NCBI GenBank assembly: GCA_964477035.1
Contig: CAYZCW010000010.1
Coordinates: 31,215 to 95,214, forward strand
Source of the DNA: an uncultured Bacteroidales bacterium
GTDB lineage: Bacteria > Bacteroidota > Bacteroidia > Bacteroidales > UBA7960
Direction of reading: 5' to 3'
DNA length: 64,000 bases
Positions 24,088 through 33,796 of the stretch are shown here, in pieces; positions within the stretch are counted from its first letter, which is position 1, and every line of letters starts with the position of its first letter. The position numbers were made by a program, and so were the translations under genes. The notes beneath the pieces are model-generated. The model worked only from the letters and a program-made list of their open reading frames with translations. It was not told the origin of the DNA and searched no databases.

Positions 24088-25599
24088 ATGTCGTTTCTGA
24101 ACTCGGTCGTTTTCTGGTTTTTCAAGAAGCGGATCACCCAGATCGAGCACTTCATGCAGCATCCGGTCGAGGTCCAGGATGCCCTGCTTAAAAAGCTGCT
24201 GCAGGCGGCCGCCAACACCGAATGGGGCCGGAAATACCGGTACTCAGAGATCCGGTCCTGCAGGGAATTCCGGGAACGGGTGCCTCTGCAGGCCTACGAA
24301 GACATCAAACCTTATGTGGACCGGCTGGTGGCGGGAGAAAACAACCTGCTCTGGCCCACCGAGATCCGCTGGTTCGCCAAGTCATCCGGGACCACCAGCG
24401 ACAAAAGCAAGTTCATCCCGCTCAGCAACGAATCGCTCGAAGACTGTCATTACAAGGCAGGCAAGGACGTGCTGTCCATCTTCTGCCACAACCATCCCGA
24501 CACCCATATTTTTGACGGCAAAGGATTGGTGATGGGCGGCAGTCATAAGGTCAGCGAAATCAACAACAACGCCTACTTCGGCGATTTGTCGGCCATCCTG
24601 CTGCAGAACTTTCCGTTCTGGGGAGAATTCATGCGCACCCCCGAATTGCCGCTGGCCCTGCTGGAGGACTGGGAGGAAAAGCTGGACAGGATCGCCCATG
24701 CCACCTTCAGGGAAAATGTCACCAGCATCAGCGGGGTCCCCTCCTGGAACCTCATCCTGCTTAAAAAAGTCCTGGAGATCACAGGCCGTGCAAACATCCT
24801 GGAAGTCTGGCCCAACCTGGAGCTGTTCATTCACGGAGGCGTCAGTTTTGTCCCCTACCGCGAACAGTTCCGCAAGCTCATCCCCTCCTCCGCCATGACC
24901 TACCTGGAAACCTACAATGCCTCGGAAGGGTTTTTCGGCATACAGGATGTTCCCGGCTCCCGGGAGATGCTCCTGATGCTTGATTACGGCATCTTCTACG
25001 AATTCATTCCCATGGAGGAACTGGACAAGCCGCAGCCGGCAGCCATCGGGCTGGAAGAGGTGCAAAAGGACGTGAATTATGCCCTGGTCATTTCCACCAA
25101 CGGGGGATTGTGGCGGTACCTGATCGGTGACACCATCCGCTTCACCAACACCTCCCCCTTCCGATTTGTCATCTCCGGGCGCACCAAAAATTTCATCAAT
25201 GCCTTTGGAGAGGAGGTCATCGTGGACAACACCGACAAGGCCCTGGATGCCGCATGCAGGGCTACCGGAGCCATCATCAGCGAATACACCGCCGCCCCCA
25301 TCTACCTGAACGACAACCACACGGCGGCCCACGAATACCTGATCGAATTTGACAGGGAGCCGGACGACATGAAACGCTTCGCAGGGGAACTGGACCGGGA
25401 GCTCCAGAACCTGAATTCGGATTATGAGGCCAAGCGGTCGGCCGACCTGATGCTGCAGCAACCCAAGGTGACGGCCGTCCCGCAGGGAACCTTCTTTGAC
25501 TGGCTGAAATCCAAAGGGAAAATAGGGGGCCAGAACAAAGTTCCCCGCCTGTTCAACGACCGCAAATACGTGGACGAGATTCTCAAATTCATCCAATAA
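24088..25599 (+). CDS. GH3-family acyl acid-amido synthetase
   Basis: AKSSGTT, YNASEG and WRYLIGD motifs; QNKVPRL tail; TATTTTTG -7 element at 24037-24044. Confidence 0.92.
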   Translation: MSFLNSVVFWFFKKRITQIEHFMQHPVEVQDALLKKLLQAAANTEWGRKYRYSEIRSCREFRERVPLQAYEDIKPYVDRLVAGENNLLWPTEIRWFAKSSGTTSDKSKFIPLSNESLEDCHYKAGKDVLSIFCHNHPDTHIFDGKGLVMGGSHKVSEINNNAYFGDLSAILLQNFPFWGEFMRTPELPLALLEDWEEKLDRIAHATFRENVTSISGVPSWNLILLKKVLEITGRANILEVWPNLELFIHGGVSFVPYREQFRKLIPSSAMTYLETYNASEGFFGIQDVPGSREMLLMLDYGIFYEFIPMEELDKPQPAAIGLEEVQKDVNYALVISTNGGLWRYLIGDTIRFTNTSPFRFVISGRTKNFINAFGEEVIVDNTDKALDAACRATGAIISEYTAAPIYLNDNHTAAHEYLIEFDREPDDMKRFAGELDRELQNLNSDYEAKRSADLMLQQPKVTAVPQGTFFDWLKSKGKIGGQNKVPRLFNDRKYVDEILKFIQ

Positions 25600-25610
25600 A
25601 ACCCCAAACC

Positions 25611-26225
25611 ATGCACATTGCCATTGCCGGGAATATCGGATCAGGGAAGACCACCCTGGCAGGATTGTTATCCAAGCATTACGGATGGGAGGCCCATTAT
25701 GAGGATGTGGAAACCAACCCCTACCTGAACAATTTTTACGAGGACATGCAGCGCTGGTCGTTCAACCTCCAGATCTATTTTCTCAACAGCCGGTTTCGTC
25801 AGATCGTGGACATCCGCAAGGGGGGCAGGACCGTGATCCAGGACCGGACCATTTACGAGGATGCTTACATATTTGCGCCCAACCTGCATGCCATGGGACT
25901 GATGGCTTCGAGGGATTTCGACAATTACTCCCGGCTGTTCGAACTGATGAGCTCCTTCATTCAACCCCCCGACCTGCTGATCTACCTGCGGGCCAGCGTC
26001 CCCACCCTGGTCAGCCAGATCCAGAAAAGGGGGCGGGAGTACGAGAACTCCATCCGGCTGGACTACCTCAAAAGGCTCAACGAACGCTACGAGGAATGGA
26101 TTGGGAAGTACGACCTGGGCAAGCTGCTGGTCGTCACCGTGGACACCATCAAGTTCAGCGAAAACCAGCAAGACCTCGGACAGGTCATCCAGAAGATCGA
26201 CGCCGAGATCCACGGATTATTCTGA
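25611..26225 (+). CDS. Deoxynucleoside kinase
   Basis: GNIGSGKTT P-loop; QDRTIYED; IQKRGREYE lid. Confidence 0.95.
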   Translation: MHIAIAGNIGSGKTTLAGLLSKHYGWEAHYEDVETNPYLNNFYEDMQRWSFNLQIYFLNSRFRQIVDIRKGGRTVIQDRTIYEDAYIFAPNLHAMGLMASRDFDNYSRLFELMSSFIQPPDLLIYLRASVPTLVSQIQKRGREYENSIRLDYLKRLNERYEEWIGKYDLGKLLVVTVDTIKFSENQQDLGQVIQKIDAEIHGLF

Positions 26226-26230
26226 GAACC

Positions 26231-26971
26231 ATGCAAGTGATCGGCATCATCCCGGCCCGTTACGCCTCCACCCGGTTTCCCGGCAAGCCCCTGGCAGATA
26301 TCGGCGGCAAATCCATGATCCGCCGGGTGTATGAGCAGGCTTGCCGCTGCACCGCCCTGGCTCAGGTGGTGGTGGCCACCGACCATCCCGACATCTTCCG
26401 TCATGTGGCGGGTTTCGGGCAGGTGGTGATGACCAGCCCCGACCATCCCAGCGGGACGGACCGCTGCCTGGAAGCCATCCGGCTTGTCGGCGAGGGAAAA
26501 TACGGTCCCCGGGACGTGGTCGTGAACATTCAGGGAGACGAGCCCTTCATCCACCCCCTGCAGATCGAGATGCTCATCGGGTTGTTTGCCGAAAGCCGCT
26601 GCCGGATCGCCAGCCTGGTGAAAAAGATTGAGGCCGGGGACGAACTTTTTGACGAAAACGTCGTAAAAGTGGTTGTGGGGCCTGACAAACGGGCACTGTA
26701 CTTCAGCCGTTCGCCCATCCCCTTTCACCGCGGCCTGCCTCAGGAACAGTGGATTAAGAAAGGGCGTTTTTTCAAACACCTGGGCCTTTACGGGTACCGG
26801 ATCGAGACCCTCGAACAGATCGGCCGGCTGCCCCAGGGGGCCCTGGAAAAAGCGGAATCCCTGGAGCAACTCCGGTGGCTGGAGCACGGGTTCGACATCC
26901 ACGTGAATGAGACAGGACTGGATAACCAGCCGGTCGACACACCGGACGACCTGAAGAAGCTCAGGTTCTGA
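26231..26971 (+). CDS. kdsB: CMP-KDO synthetase
   Basis: IPARYASTRFPGKPL, SGTDR, NIQGDEP and ESLEQLR motifs; start moved to ATG 26231. Confidence 0.97.
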   Translation: MQVIGIIPARYASTRFPGKPLADIGGKSMIRRVYEQACRCTALAQVVVATDHPDIFRHVAGFGQVVMTSPDHPSGTDRCLEAIRLVGEGKYGPRDVVVNIQGDEPFIHPLQIEMLIGLFAESRCRIASLVKKIEAGDELFDENVVKVVVGPDKRALYFSRSPIPFHRGLPQEQWIKKGRFFKHLGLYGYRIETLEQIGRLPQGALEKAESLEQLRWLEHGFDIHVNETGLDNQPVDTPDDLKKLRF

Positions 26972-27010
26972 GACCGGCAGGCATTGGCAACCTGCATAAA
27001 ACCATACAAT

Positions 27011-28063
27011 ATGAAGATCGGCATTTACATCAGCGAACTGTTGTTTGAACATGAATCGGTGATCCTTCCGGGATTGGGCGAGTTCTATACCCGCTACAAC
27101 CCGGCCCGCTTTGTCCCGGAACTGCAAAAGGTGGAGTCCCCCTCCAAACAGGTGGCCTTCAACCCGGGCAAAACGGAAGGCGACACCCCCCTGGTGGATT
27201 ACCTGGCTGAGAAGGAAGGCATGGACACCGAACGCGTCAGGAGATACCTGGACAACTTCGCCGCGGAAGTCAGGCAGCTGCTCTCCGAAGGGAAGCAGTT
27301 CAAGCTGGAAAAAATCGGCATCCTGAGCACGGCCCCGGACGGCCACCTCTTGCTGGAACCGGACAGGTCGGTCAACTACCTCTCCGAAGCCGCCGGGATG
27401 GGATCCATCACCCAGCCGGAGAAGAAAGCGGAAGGAGCACCCCTTCCAGAACCTGGAGAAGAGGCCCCGGCAGCCGCTGCGGCCCCGGCAGCAAGCCCGG
27501 TCCCGCCGGCAGACACCCCGCCGGAGGAAGCGGCCGGCATCCGGAAGACAGAATTGCCCCCTGCCCTCCGCTGGGTGGCCTATACCGTCGTCCCCCTGCT
27601 GGTCATCATCATCATCCTGGCACTGAACTTTTCGTTTTTCTTCGGGGAAGGCGGCCTCCTTCGTTCCGGCAAGCAGGCCACCGAGGCCCCGGCTGCCGTG
27701 CCGGCGGACCCGCCGGAAACGGAAGCCGCCGTGGAAGAACCTGCCCGGGACGCCGGTCAGGCCGCGGAAGAAACCCCCGAAGTGACCCCCCCCGCCGGGG
27801 ATGCCGCCACCGCCGCAGCGCCCCGGACGGACGGGCCTACTTACTACATCGTGGTGGGCAGTTTCCCCGACCGGGAGGTGGCCGACCGCTATGTGGAACG
27901 GCTTCGTGCCCAGGGAGCAAGCCAGGCGGCGGTATTCATGCAGACGGGCTTCGGATACCACCGGGTCGCCTATGCAGTCTATAACGACCTGTCAGAGGCC
28001 GAAGCCGTGCTGGAGACCGTCAAGGAACAGATCAACCAGGACGCCTATATTCTGCACCGCTGA
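27011..28063 (+). CDS. HU-like (CCDC81-type) N-domain, TM helix and C-terminal SPOR domain protein
   Basis: ISELLFEHESVILPGLGEF N-terminus; single TM; YYIVVGSF SPOR start. Confidence 0.85.
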   Translation: MKIGIYISELLFEHESVILPGLGEFYTRYNPARFVPELQKVESPSKQVAFNPGKTEGDTPLVDYLAEKEGMDTERVRRYLDNFAAEVRQLLSEGKQFKLEKIGILSTAPDGHLLLEPDRSVNYLSEAAGMGSITQPEKKAEGAPLPEPGEEAPAAAAAPAASPVPPADTPPEEAAGIRKTELPPALRWVAYTVVPLLVIIIILALNFSFFFGEGGLLRSGKQATEAPAAVPADPPETEAAVEEPARDAGQAAEETPEVTPPAGDAATAAAPRTDGPTYYIVVGSFPDREVADRYVERLRAQGASQAAVFMQTGFGYHRVAYAVYNDLSEAEAVLETVKEQINQDAYILHR

Positions 28064-28090
28064 TCACCGGCGGATCAAACCCTTGATGTT

Positions 28091-28768
28091 TTGGCCAAAA
28101 AGAAGCTGCAACGGTTTGCGGAGATCAACGTCTTTCCCAATGTCATCCAGCCCGGGATCAGGCATCCCGCATCCGACCATCATTACCGGGGCGACTGGAA
28201 CCGCCGTTACTTCCGGAACGACCATCCCCTGGTCCTGGAGATCGGCTGCGGCAAGGGAGAGTATACCATGGCGCTGGCCAGGGCCTTTCCAGGACACAAC
28301 CACCTGGGCATCGACATCAAGGGCGACCGCCTGTGGAAAGGGGCCCGGGCGGCCCTTCAGGAAGGCCTGCTGAATGCCGCTTTTCTTCGGGTACAGGCCG
28401 AGCGGCTGCATTATATTTTCGGGGAAAACGAAGTATCGGGCATCTACCTCACTTTCCCGGACCCGCAGCTGAGGGAGTCCAGACGAAAGAAACGGCTCAC
28501 CTCCCCCCGCTTTCTGGAGCTCTACAAGGGGTTCCTCAGACCCGGCAGCCCCATCCACCTGAAAACCGACAATCCCCGGCTTTACGAATACACCCTGGAG
28601 GTGATCCGGGAAGGGAGACACTCCCTGCGTTTCGCCACGGAAGACCTTTACGGGGAACGGCAGGTGGATGAGCCGATGATCAGGGAGGTCCGGACACACT
28701 ATGAAACCCTGTTCCTGGAACAGGGCCTGCCCATCCGCTACATCAAGTTCGAACTGAACCAGGAATAA
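28091..28768 (+). CDS. trmB: tRNA (guanine-N7)-methyltransferase
   Basis: LEIGCGKG, FPDPQ and HLKTD motifs; TTG start. Confidence 0.96.
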   Translation: MAKKKLQRFAEINVFPNVIQPGIRHPASDHHYRGDWNRRYFRNDHPLVLEIGCGKGEYTMALARAFPGHNHLGIDIKGDRLWKGARAALQEGLLNAAFLRVQAERLHYIFGENEVSGIYLTFPDPQLRESRRKKRLTSPRFLELYKGFLRPGSPIHLKTDNPRLYEYTLEVIREGRHSLRFATEDLYGERQVDEPMIREVRTHYETLFLEQGLPIRYIKFELNQE

Positions 28769-28770
28769 AC

Positions 28771-29121
28771 ATGCACACGCAGACACCGGAAGCATCATTC
28801 TTTGACAGGGTCTATGAAGTGGTCCGCCTGGTGCCCCGGGGCCGGGTCACCACCTATGGCGCCATCGCCGCCTACCTGGGCTCAGGGAGGGGCGCCCGCA
28901 TGGTGGGATGGGCCATGAACCAGTCGCATGCCTGCCGGCAATATGTGCCCGCCCACCGGGTGGTCAACCGCCAGGGGATGCTGACCGGGAAGCACCATTT
29001 CGGCGGGCCCCGCCTCATGCAGCAATTGCTCGAGGGCGAGGACGTGCGTGTGGAGAGGGACCAGGTGCAGGATTTCAAACGCCTTTTCTGGGATCCGGCC
29101 AGGGAATTGCCCTTGCCCTGA
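28771..29121 (+). CDS. Alkyltransferase-like (ATL, MGMT-family) DNA-binding protein
   Basis: VPRGRVTTYGAIA; active-site position reads PAHRVV rather than PCHRV. Confidence 0.9.
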   Translation: MHTQTPEASFFDRVYEVVRLVPRGRVTTYGAIAAYLGSGRGARMVGWAMNQSHACRQYVPAHRVVNRQGMLTGKHHFGGPRLMQQLLEGEDVRVERDQVQDFKRLFWDPARELPLP

Positions 29122-29238
29122 GGGCTGCCCGGACTTCTTTTTTTGGCCGGAAATTAAATTTGTATTATTTTTACAAAAACCAAATTAAAATAAATCCGGG
29201 GCGGTTCCCCCCCCCCCATTTACCCAAATTGCACACCC

Positions 29239-29487
29239 ATGTCAACCGAAGCCAAAGCCACTCTGATACAAAAAGTTGAGAATGTCATTGCCCAGATCAG
29301 GCCCTATCTTGAGGCCGACGGCGGGAACATCCGTTTCGTGGAACTGACCGAAGACAACGTGGTCATGGTCGAACTGCTGGGCACCTGCGGCCATTGTCCC
29401 ATGAGCACCATGACGCTGAAGGCGGGGGTCGAGCAGGCGGTCCGCAAGGCCCTGCCCGAGATCAAATCGGTCGAGGCCATCAACTGA
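29239..29487 (+). CDS. NifU/Nfu-type Fe-S carrier
   Basis: IRPYLEADGG and GTCGHCPMS motifs. Confidence 0.93.
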   Translation: MSTEAKATLIQKVENVIAQIRPYLEADGGNIRFVELTEDNVVMVELLGTCGHCPMSTMTLKAGVEQAVRKALPEIKSVEAIN

Positions 29488-29514
29488 CCGTACCGGGCAA
29501 CTGACCGTACCGGG
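29481..29514. repeat. Perfect 17-bp tandem duplication over the nifU stop
   Basis: CAACTGACCGTACCGGG twice in succession. Confidence 0.85.
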
Positions 29515-29527
29515 CGCCGCCCATCCC

Positions 29528-31195
29528 TCAGCCAGGATATCTGGCCACGATCGGCATCCTCCGGCCCGAACCGAATCCTTTCTGGGACACCCTCAGCACC
29601 GGGGGTGTCTGTTTTCTTTTATACTCGCAGGCATTGACCAGGCGGAGGACCTGCCTGACCAGCTGTTGCGGGAATCCCATGTCCACGATTTCCCGGGGAC
29701 CTTTCTCACGTTCGATGTACTGAAACAGGACGGGGTCCAGCTCCCCGTACTCCGGCAGGGAGTCTGAGTCCTTTTGTCCGGGCCGGAGTTCGGCCGAAGG
29801 GGGTTTCTCGATCGTATGCCAGGGAATGACCTCCTCCCGGCGGTTGATGTACCTGGCCAGGCCATAGACTTCCGTCTTGTACAGGTCGCCGATGACGGAC
29901 AGCCCCCCGCACATGTCCCCGTAGAGGGTCCCGTAGCCCACGGCGGCCTCGCTTTTGTTGGAGGTATTCAGCAGCATATGGCCGAATTTGTTGGACAGCC
30001 CCATCAGCAGCACGGCGCGGGCCCTGGCCTGAAGGTTCTCCTCCGTCACATCCGGGGGCAGGCCACCCAGCAGGGGATCGAGGCTGCCCTGCAGGGAAGC
30101 CACCACCTGATGAATGGGCAGGATGTCGTGGCGAACTCCCAGGTTCTTTGCCAGGGCCACCGCATCACTGACGGAATGGTCCGAACTGTGGGGCCCGGGC
30201 ATGAGCACGGCCCACACCTTGTCCTTTCCCAGGGCGTGCACGGCCAGCACCAGGGTCAGGGCCGAATCAAGCCCCCCGGACAGGCCCAGCAGGACTTCCC
30301 TGATCCCGGTTTTCCGGCAATAGTCCGACAGGCCGAAAACCAGGGCCCGCATCAGGTTTTCATTCTTTTCGTCCGGCCCGGGCGGGACATCATACCCCTG
30401 GACCGGTGGCTCCCCGCCGGCCCCTTCATCTGCCCGGAGCGCCTCCAGGTCGAAAAGCTGCAGGTCCTCCCGGAAGGAAGCCAGCCGGCCGGCCAGCCGG
30501 CCCGAAGGGGTGAAGGCCGCCGAGGCCCCGTCGAAGACCAGCTCGGCATGGGCTCCCACCTGATTGACCATGAAGACGGGTAGCCGGGCCCTGCGGGCAT
30601 TCAGGGCAAAGGTTTCCAGCCTTTCCCCGCAGCGGTTCCAGGCAAAGGGGGAGGCAGAGATATTGATGACCAGGTCGGGACGCTCCCGCATGAGTTCCTC
30701 CAGGGGGCTGACGGAATACATCCTGCGCGGCCCGACATCCCACAGGTCCTCGCAGACCGTGAGGGCGATGCGTTTCCCCCGGAAAGGAACGGTCCGGAAG
30801 GTCCGTGCAGGCTCGAAATAGCGGTACTCGTCGAACACGTCATAGGTGGGCAGCAGGCCCTTGTCGCAGCGCGCCGCCACCTGCCCATCCGACAATAGAA
30901 AGGCGGCATTCGACAGGCGTTTGCCGCTTTCATGGGGGTTGAAGGCGGGACTGCCCACCACGGCCGCAATGCCATGGCAGCGGGAGGCGATCCGGTTTAC
31001 CTGCTGCAGGCAGGCTTCCACAAACCCATCGAATTGCAACAGGTCGGCGGGGGGGTACCCGCACACGGACAGCTCGGAAAAGACCACCAGGTCGGCCCCT
31101 TGCTTTTGAGCCCTTTCCAGGCAGTCCAGGGTGAGGGCGGTGTTGGCGTCGAAATCACCGACACGGAAATTCAGTTGTGCAAGGGCAATGATCAT
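29528..31195 (-). CDS. nadE: Glutamine-dependent NAD+ synthetase
   Basis: Nitrilase domain (ELSVCGYPP, TVCEDLW) plus LGLSGGLDS and PSAELRP motifs. Confidence 0.96.
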   Translation of the reverse strand: MIIALAQLNFRVGDFDANTALTLDCLERAQKQGADLVVFSELSVCGYPPADLLQFDGFVEACLQQVNRIASRCHGIAAVVGSPAFNPHESGKRLSNAAFLLSDGQVAARCDKGLLPTYDVFDEYRYFEPARTFRTVPFRGKRIALTVCEDLWDVGPRRMYSVSPLEELMRERPDLVINISASPFAWNRCGERLETFALNARRARLPVFMVNQVGAHAELVFDGASAAFTPSGRLAGRLASFREDLQLFDLEALRADEGAGGEPPVQGYDVPPGPDEKNENLMRALVFGLSDYCRKTGIREVLLGLSGGLDSALTLVLAVHALGKDKVWAVLMPGPHSSDHSVSDAVALAKNLGVRHDILPIHQVVASLQGSLDPLLGGLPPDVTEENLQARARAVLLMGLSNKFGHMLLNTSNKSEAAVGYGTLYGDMCGGLSVIGDLYKTEVYGLARYINRREEVIPWHTIEKPPSAELRPGQKDSDSLPEYGELDPVLFQYIEREKGPREIVDMGFPQQLVRQVLRLVNACEYKRKQTPPVLRVSQKGFGSGRRMPIVARYPG

Positions 31196-31215
31196 CCGTC
31201 AGCTTGGTTTCGGCA

Positions 31216-31896
31216 TCAGAAAATCACCCCCACATGCAGGGAGATGTAATTCGACGTGGCGCTCTGGGCGGCGCCGCTGACCCGGTTGCGTCCCTTGAGG
31301 TTGTTGGTAAAGCCATTGCTGTACAGCAACTGTCCCACCAGGGACATGCGCCCTCCCAGGGAATACTCGGCCCCCGCCCCGGCCACAAAAGCCAGCCTGA
31401 TCAGGGGGATCTCCCCCTTGATGTCGTTGGACAGGGTGATGCCGGTCGACCCGGAGGAAAACTGGTCGTCGCCCGTGGCTTTCAGGTTGAAGCCGGGGGC
31501 AAAGCCGATGCGGCCAAAGTAGGTCATGTAGCCGAACTGCGAAGTCTGTCCCTTGAAGGTGACCGGGACCTCGAAATAGCGCAGGCGGTAGTCACGCTGG
31601 ATCTCGTGCACTCCGTAGGCAGGGACGTCATCGCGGTAACGCAGCTTGCCGCCGAAGCTGGATACCAGAAAATTCGTGGAAATGACATAGTGGTAGCTCA
31701 GGTGGTATTCCCCAATGAGTCCAAAAGACGTTCCCATCCGGGTGCCTTCGGAAATGTAATCGCGCGTGTCGGGAGAGAACCAGGACAGGGACGGCGCAAA
31801 GGTCAGCCCGATACGGTATTTCGGGCCTTGCTGGGCATGGACGCCGGAGGCAATCAAACCCCACAGCAAAATGGTCATAAGGGTTCTTTTTTGCAT
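31216..31896 (-). CDS. Outer-membrane beta-barrel (PorT-like porin family)
   Basis: Signal peptide; YFEVPVTFK strand; C-terminal Phe; TAAGTTTG -7 element at 31931-31938. Confidence 0.8.
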   Translation of the reverse strand: MQKRTLMTILLWGLIASGVHAQQGPKYRIGLTFAPSLSWFSPDTRDYISEGTRMGTSFGLIGEYHLSYHYVISTNFLVSSFGGKLRYRDDVPAYGVHEIQRDYRLRYFEVPVTFKGQTSQFGYMTYFGRIGFAPGFNLKATGDDQFSSGSTGITLSNDIKGEIPLIRLAFVAGAGAEYSLGGRMSLVGQLLYSNGFTNNLKGRNRVSGAAQSATSNYISLHVGVIF

Positions 31897-32006
31897 AGCA
31901 TGGGAGGTTTTAAAACGTGGAACCAATAACCAAACTTACTCTTTTTTTCCTGAATATTTCCAATATAATATGGCAAGGGACGTTTTGTTATAAAAAAACA
32001 CCGGAC

Positions 32007-33032
32007 ATGGATTTCCGCTCCCCGGGTCACCCGAACAGCCTGGTCATTTTTCTTTTCGTCGGATGCTGCCTGCTCCTGATGCCCCAGTGCCAGCAAAAAC
32101 CACCCTTTCAAAAAGATATATCCCGGATACAGATCGACCCCATGCAGATCGACCGCTACGAGCAACTGCTTTTCTCCCTCAACCCTTACCGGCTGGAGGA
32201 GGAGCTCGAACCGTATGTGGAGACCTATGCCTTCTTTCTGGGGGACGGGGTGCGGGACCCCTGGGCCCGTCAGCAATTGTTTGCCTACGTGACCGACCCC
32301 CAGCTCATCGAATTGTACGAAGACATCCAGGAGGCATGGCCCGGCCTGGAAGAGCTGTCAGAACAGCTGACCCTGGCCTTCCGGTATTACCGGGCCCATT
32401 TTCCCGAAGCGCCCCTGCCCCGGCTGTACAGCTACGTGTCGGGCATCGACCACGAGCTTCCCGTCAGGTACGCGGAAGGGCACATGGCCATAGGGCTGGA
32501 CAACTACCTGGGCAGGGACTATCCGACCTACACCCGGATCGGCATTCCCCGTTACCGGGCCATCCGCATGGACAAGGAATACGTGCCCGCCGACGTGATG
32601 CGGACCATGGCGGAGGTCCACCTGGGGCAGCGGCAGTACGAACCGGAGACCCTGCTGGACTTCATGCTGTATGAAGGCCGCCTCCTGTATTTTGCAGACT
32701 GCATGCTTCCCCTGGTGCCCGATTCCGTTAAAATCGGGTATACCGCCCGGCAAATGGAATGGGTGCAGCAAAACAGCGGGCAGGTCTGGTCCTGGTTCCT
32801 GGACAATGAACTGCTGTTCTCATCCGACCGCCAGATGATCCAGCGTTTTGCCGGGGAGGCCCCCTTCACTTCGGCCTTTTCGCGGGACTCCGCCCCCAGA
32901 ACCGCTGCCTGGACCGGATGGCAGATCGTCAGGGAATACATGAGAAGGCATCCCGGCACCAGCCTGGACGAGCTGTTCGACATCGCAGACGCCCGCCACA
33001 TCCTTCATGAATCAAGGTACAGGGGAAGATAA
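32007..33032 (+). CDS. gldB: GldB-like lipoprotein
   Basis: IDRYEQLLF, IGLDNYLG, TLLDFMLYEGRLLY and WTGWQIVREYM blocks; nadE/engB neighbourhood; start ATG 32007. Confidence 0.8.
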   Translation: MDFRSPGHPNSLVIFLFVGCCLLLMPQCQQKPPFQKDISRIQIDPMQIDRYEQLLFSLNPYRLEEELEPYVETYAFFLGDGVRDPWARQQLFAYVTDPQLIELYEDIQEAWPGLEELSEQLTLAFRYYRAHFPEAPLPRLYSYVSGIDHELPVRYAEGHMAIGLDNYLGRDYPTYTRIGIPRYRAIRMDKEYVPADVMRTMAEVHLGQRQYEPETLLDFMLYEGRLLYFADCMLPLVPDSVKIGYTARQMEWVQQNSGQVWSWFLDNELLFSSDRQMIQRFAGEAPFTSAFSRDSAPRTAAWTGWQIVREYMRRHPGTSLDELFDIADARHILHESRYRGR

Positions 33033-33111
33033 GGCACGGCCAGCCGGAAGAAGGGCGGCCTGATGGCCCGCGGCCATATGCCGCCCGGGCGGCCGGTCCG
33101 TGTGGGCGACC

Positions 33112-33723
33112 TTACCCCTGAGGGGTCCTGAAACCGGGATTGCTGGAACCGATCACCCCGAGGATGTCCTCCCGCCCCAGACCGGTCTCGCTGCTGCTCA
33201 CAATGATGGGGGGCAGGGGCTCCCACTCCCCGGCAAGCACCTCCCGGTAGTCCTTCAGGTTGGCCTCCAGCCTGGCCTTGCTCAGCTTGTCCGCCTTGGT
33301 GCAGACCACATAGAACGGCAGCCCCTGCGCCCCCATCCAGCGCATGAATTCCAGGTCGTTCGCCAGGGGCTTGTGCCGGATGTCCACCAAAAGGAAAGTG
33401 CACATCAGGTTGGGTCTTTTATCGAGGTAATTCCGGATCATGCCTTCCCAGCCCTTTTTGATGGCCACCGGCACCTTCGCAAAGCCAAACCCCGGCAAGT
33501 CGGTCAGGTACCAGGACCGGTTGATCAGGAAATGGTTGATCAGTTGGGTTTTCCCGGGGGTGGACGAGGTCTTGGCGAGCTTTCCCCGGCGGGTGAGGCT
33601 GTTGATCAGGGAAGACTTGCCCACGTTGGACCGGCCGATAAAGGCATATTCCGGAAGAACGGGCGGGGGGCAGTCCTGTATGCCGACCGAGCTTTTTACG
33701 AATTTGGCTGAGCTGATTTCCAT
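33112..33723 (-). CDS. engB: Ribosome biogenesis GTPase YihA/YsxC
   Basis: GRSNVGKSS, DLPGFG and TKADK motifs. Confidence 0.96.
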   Translation of the reverse strand: MEISSAKFVKSSVGIQDCPPPVLPEYAFIGRSNVGKSSLINSLTRRGKLAKTSSTPGKTQLINHFLINRSWYLTDLPGFGFAKVPVAIKKGWEGMIRNYLDKRPNLMCTFLLVDIRHKPLANDLEFMRWMGAQGLPFYVVCTKADKLSKARLEANLKDYREVLAGEWEPLPPIIVSSSETGLGREDILGVIGSSNPGFRTPQG

Positions 33724-33796
33724 GGGCAAAGGTTATGGGCATGCCGGCCGGGAGCCGGTCGCGGCCGCCCTGAAGCAGAAAGGGAACAGACCGCCG

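Noticed and set aside
28771-29121. MGMT-like gene lacking the catalytic Cys as a pseudogene
   Set aside because: PAHR or PWHR in place of PCHR defines the known alkyltransferase-like class; the ORF is intact.
32007-33032. gldB as evidence of a gliding-motility locus
   Set aside because: A lone GldB-like gene beside nadE and engB does not show motility; no other gld or spr genes are in the window.
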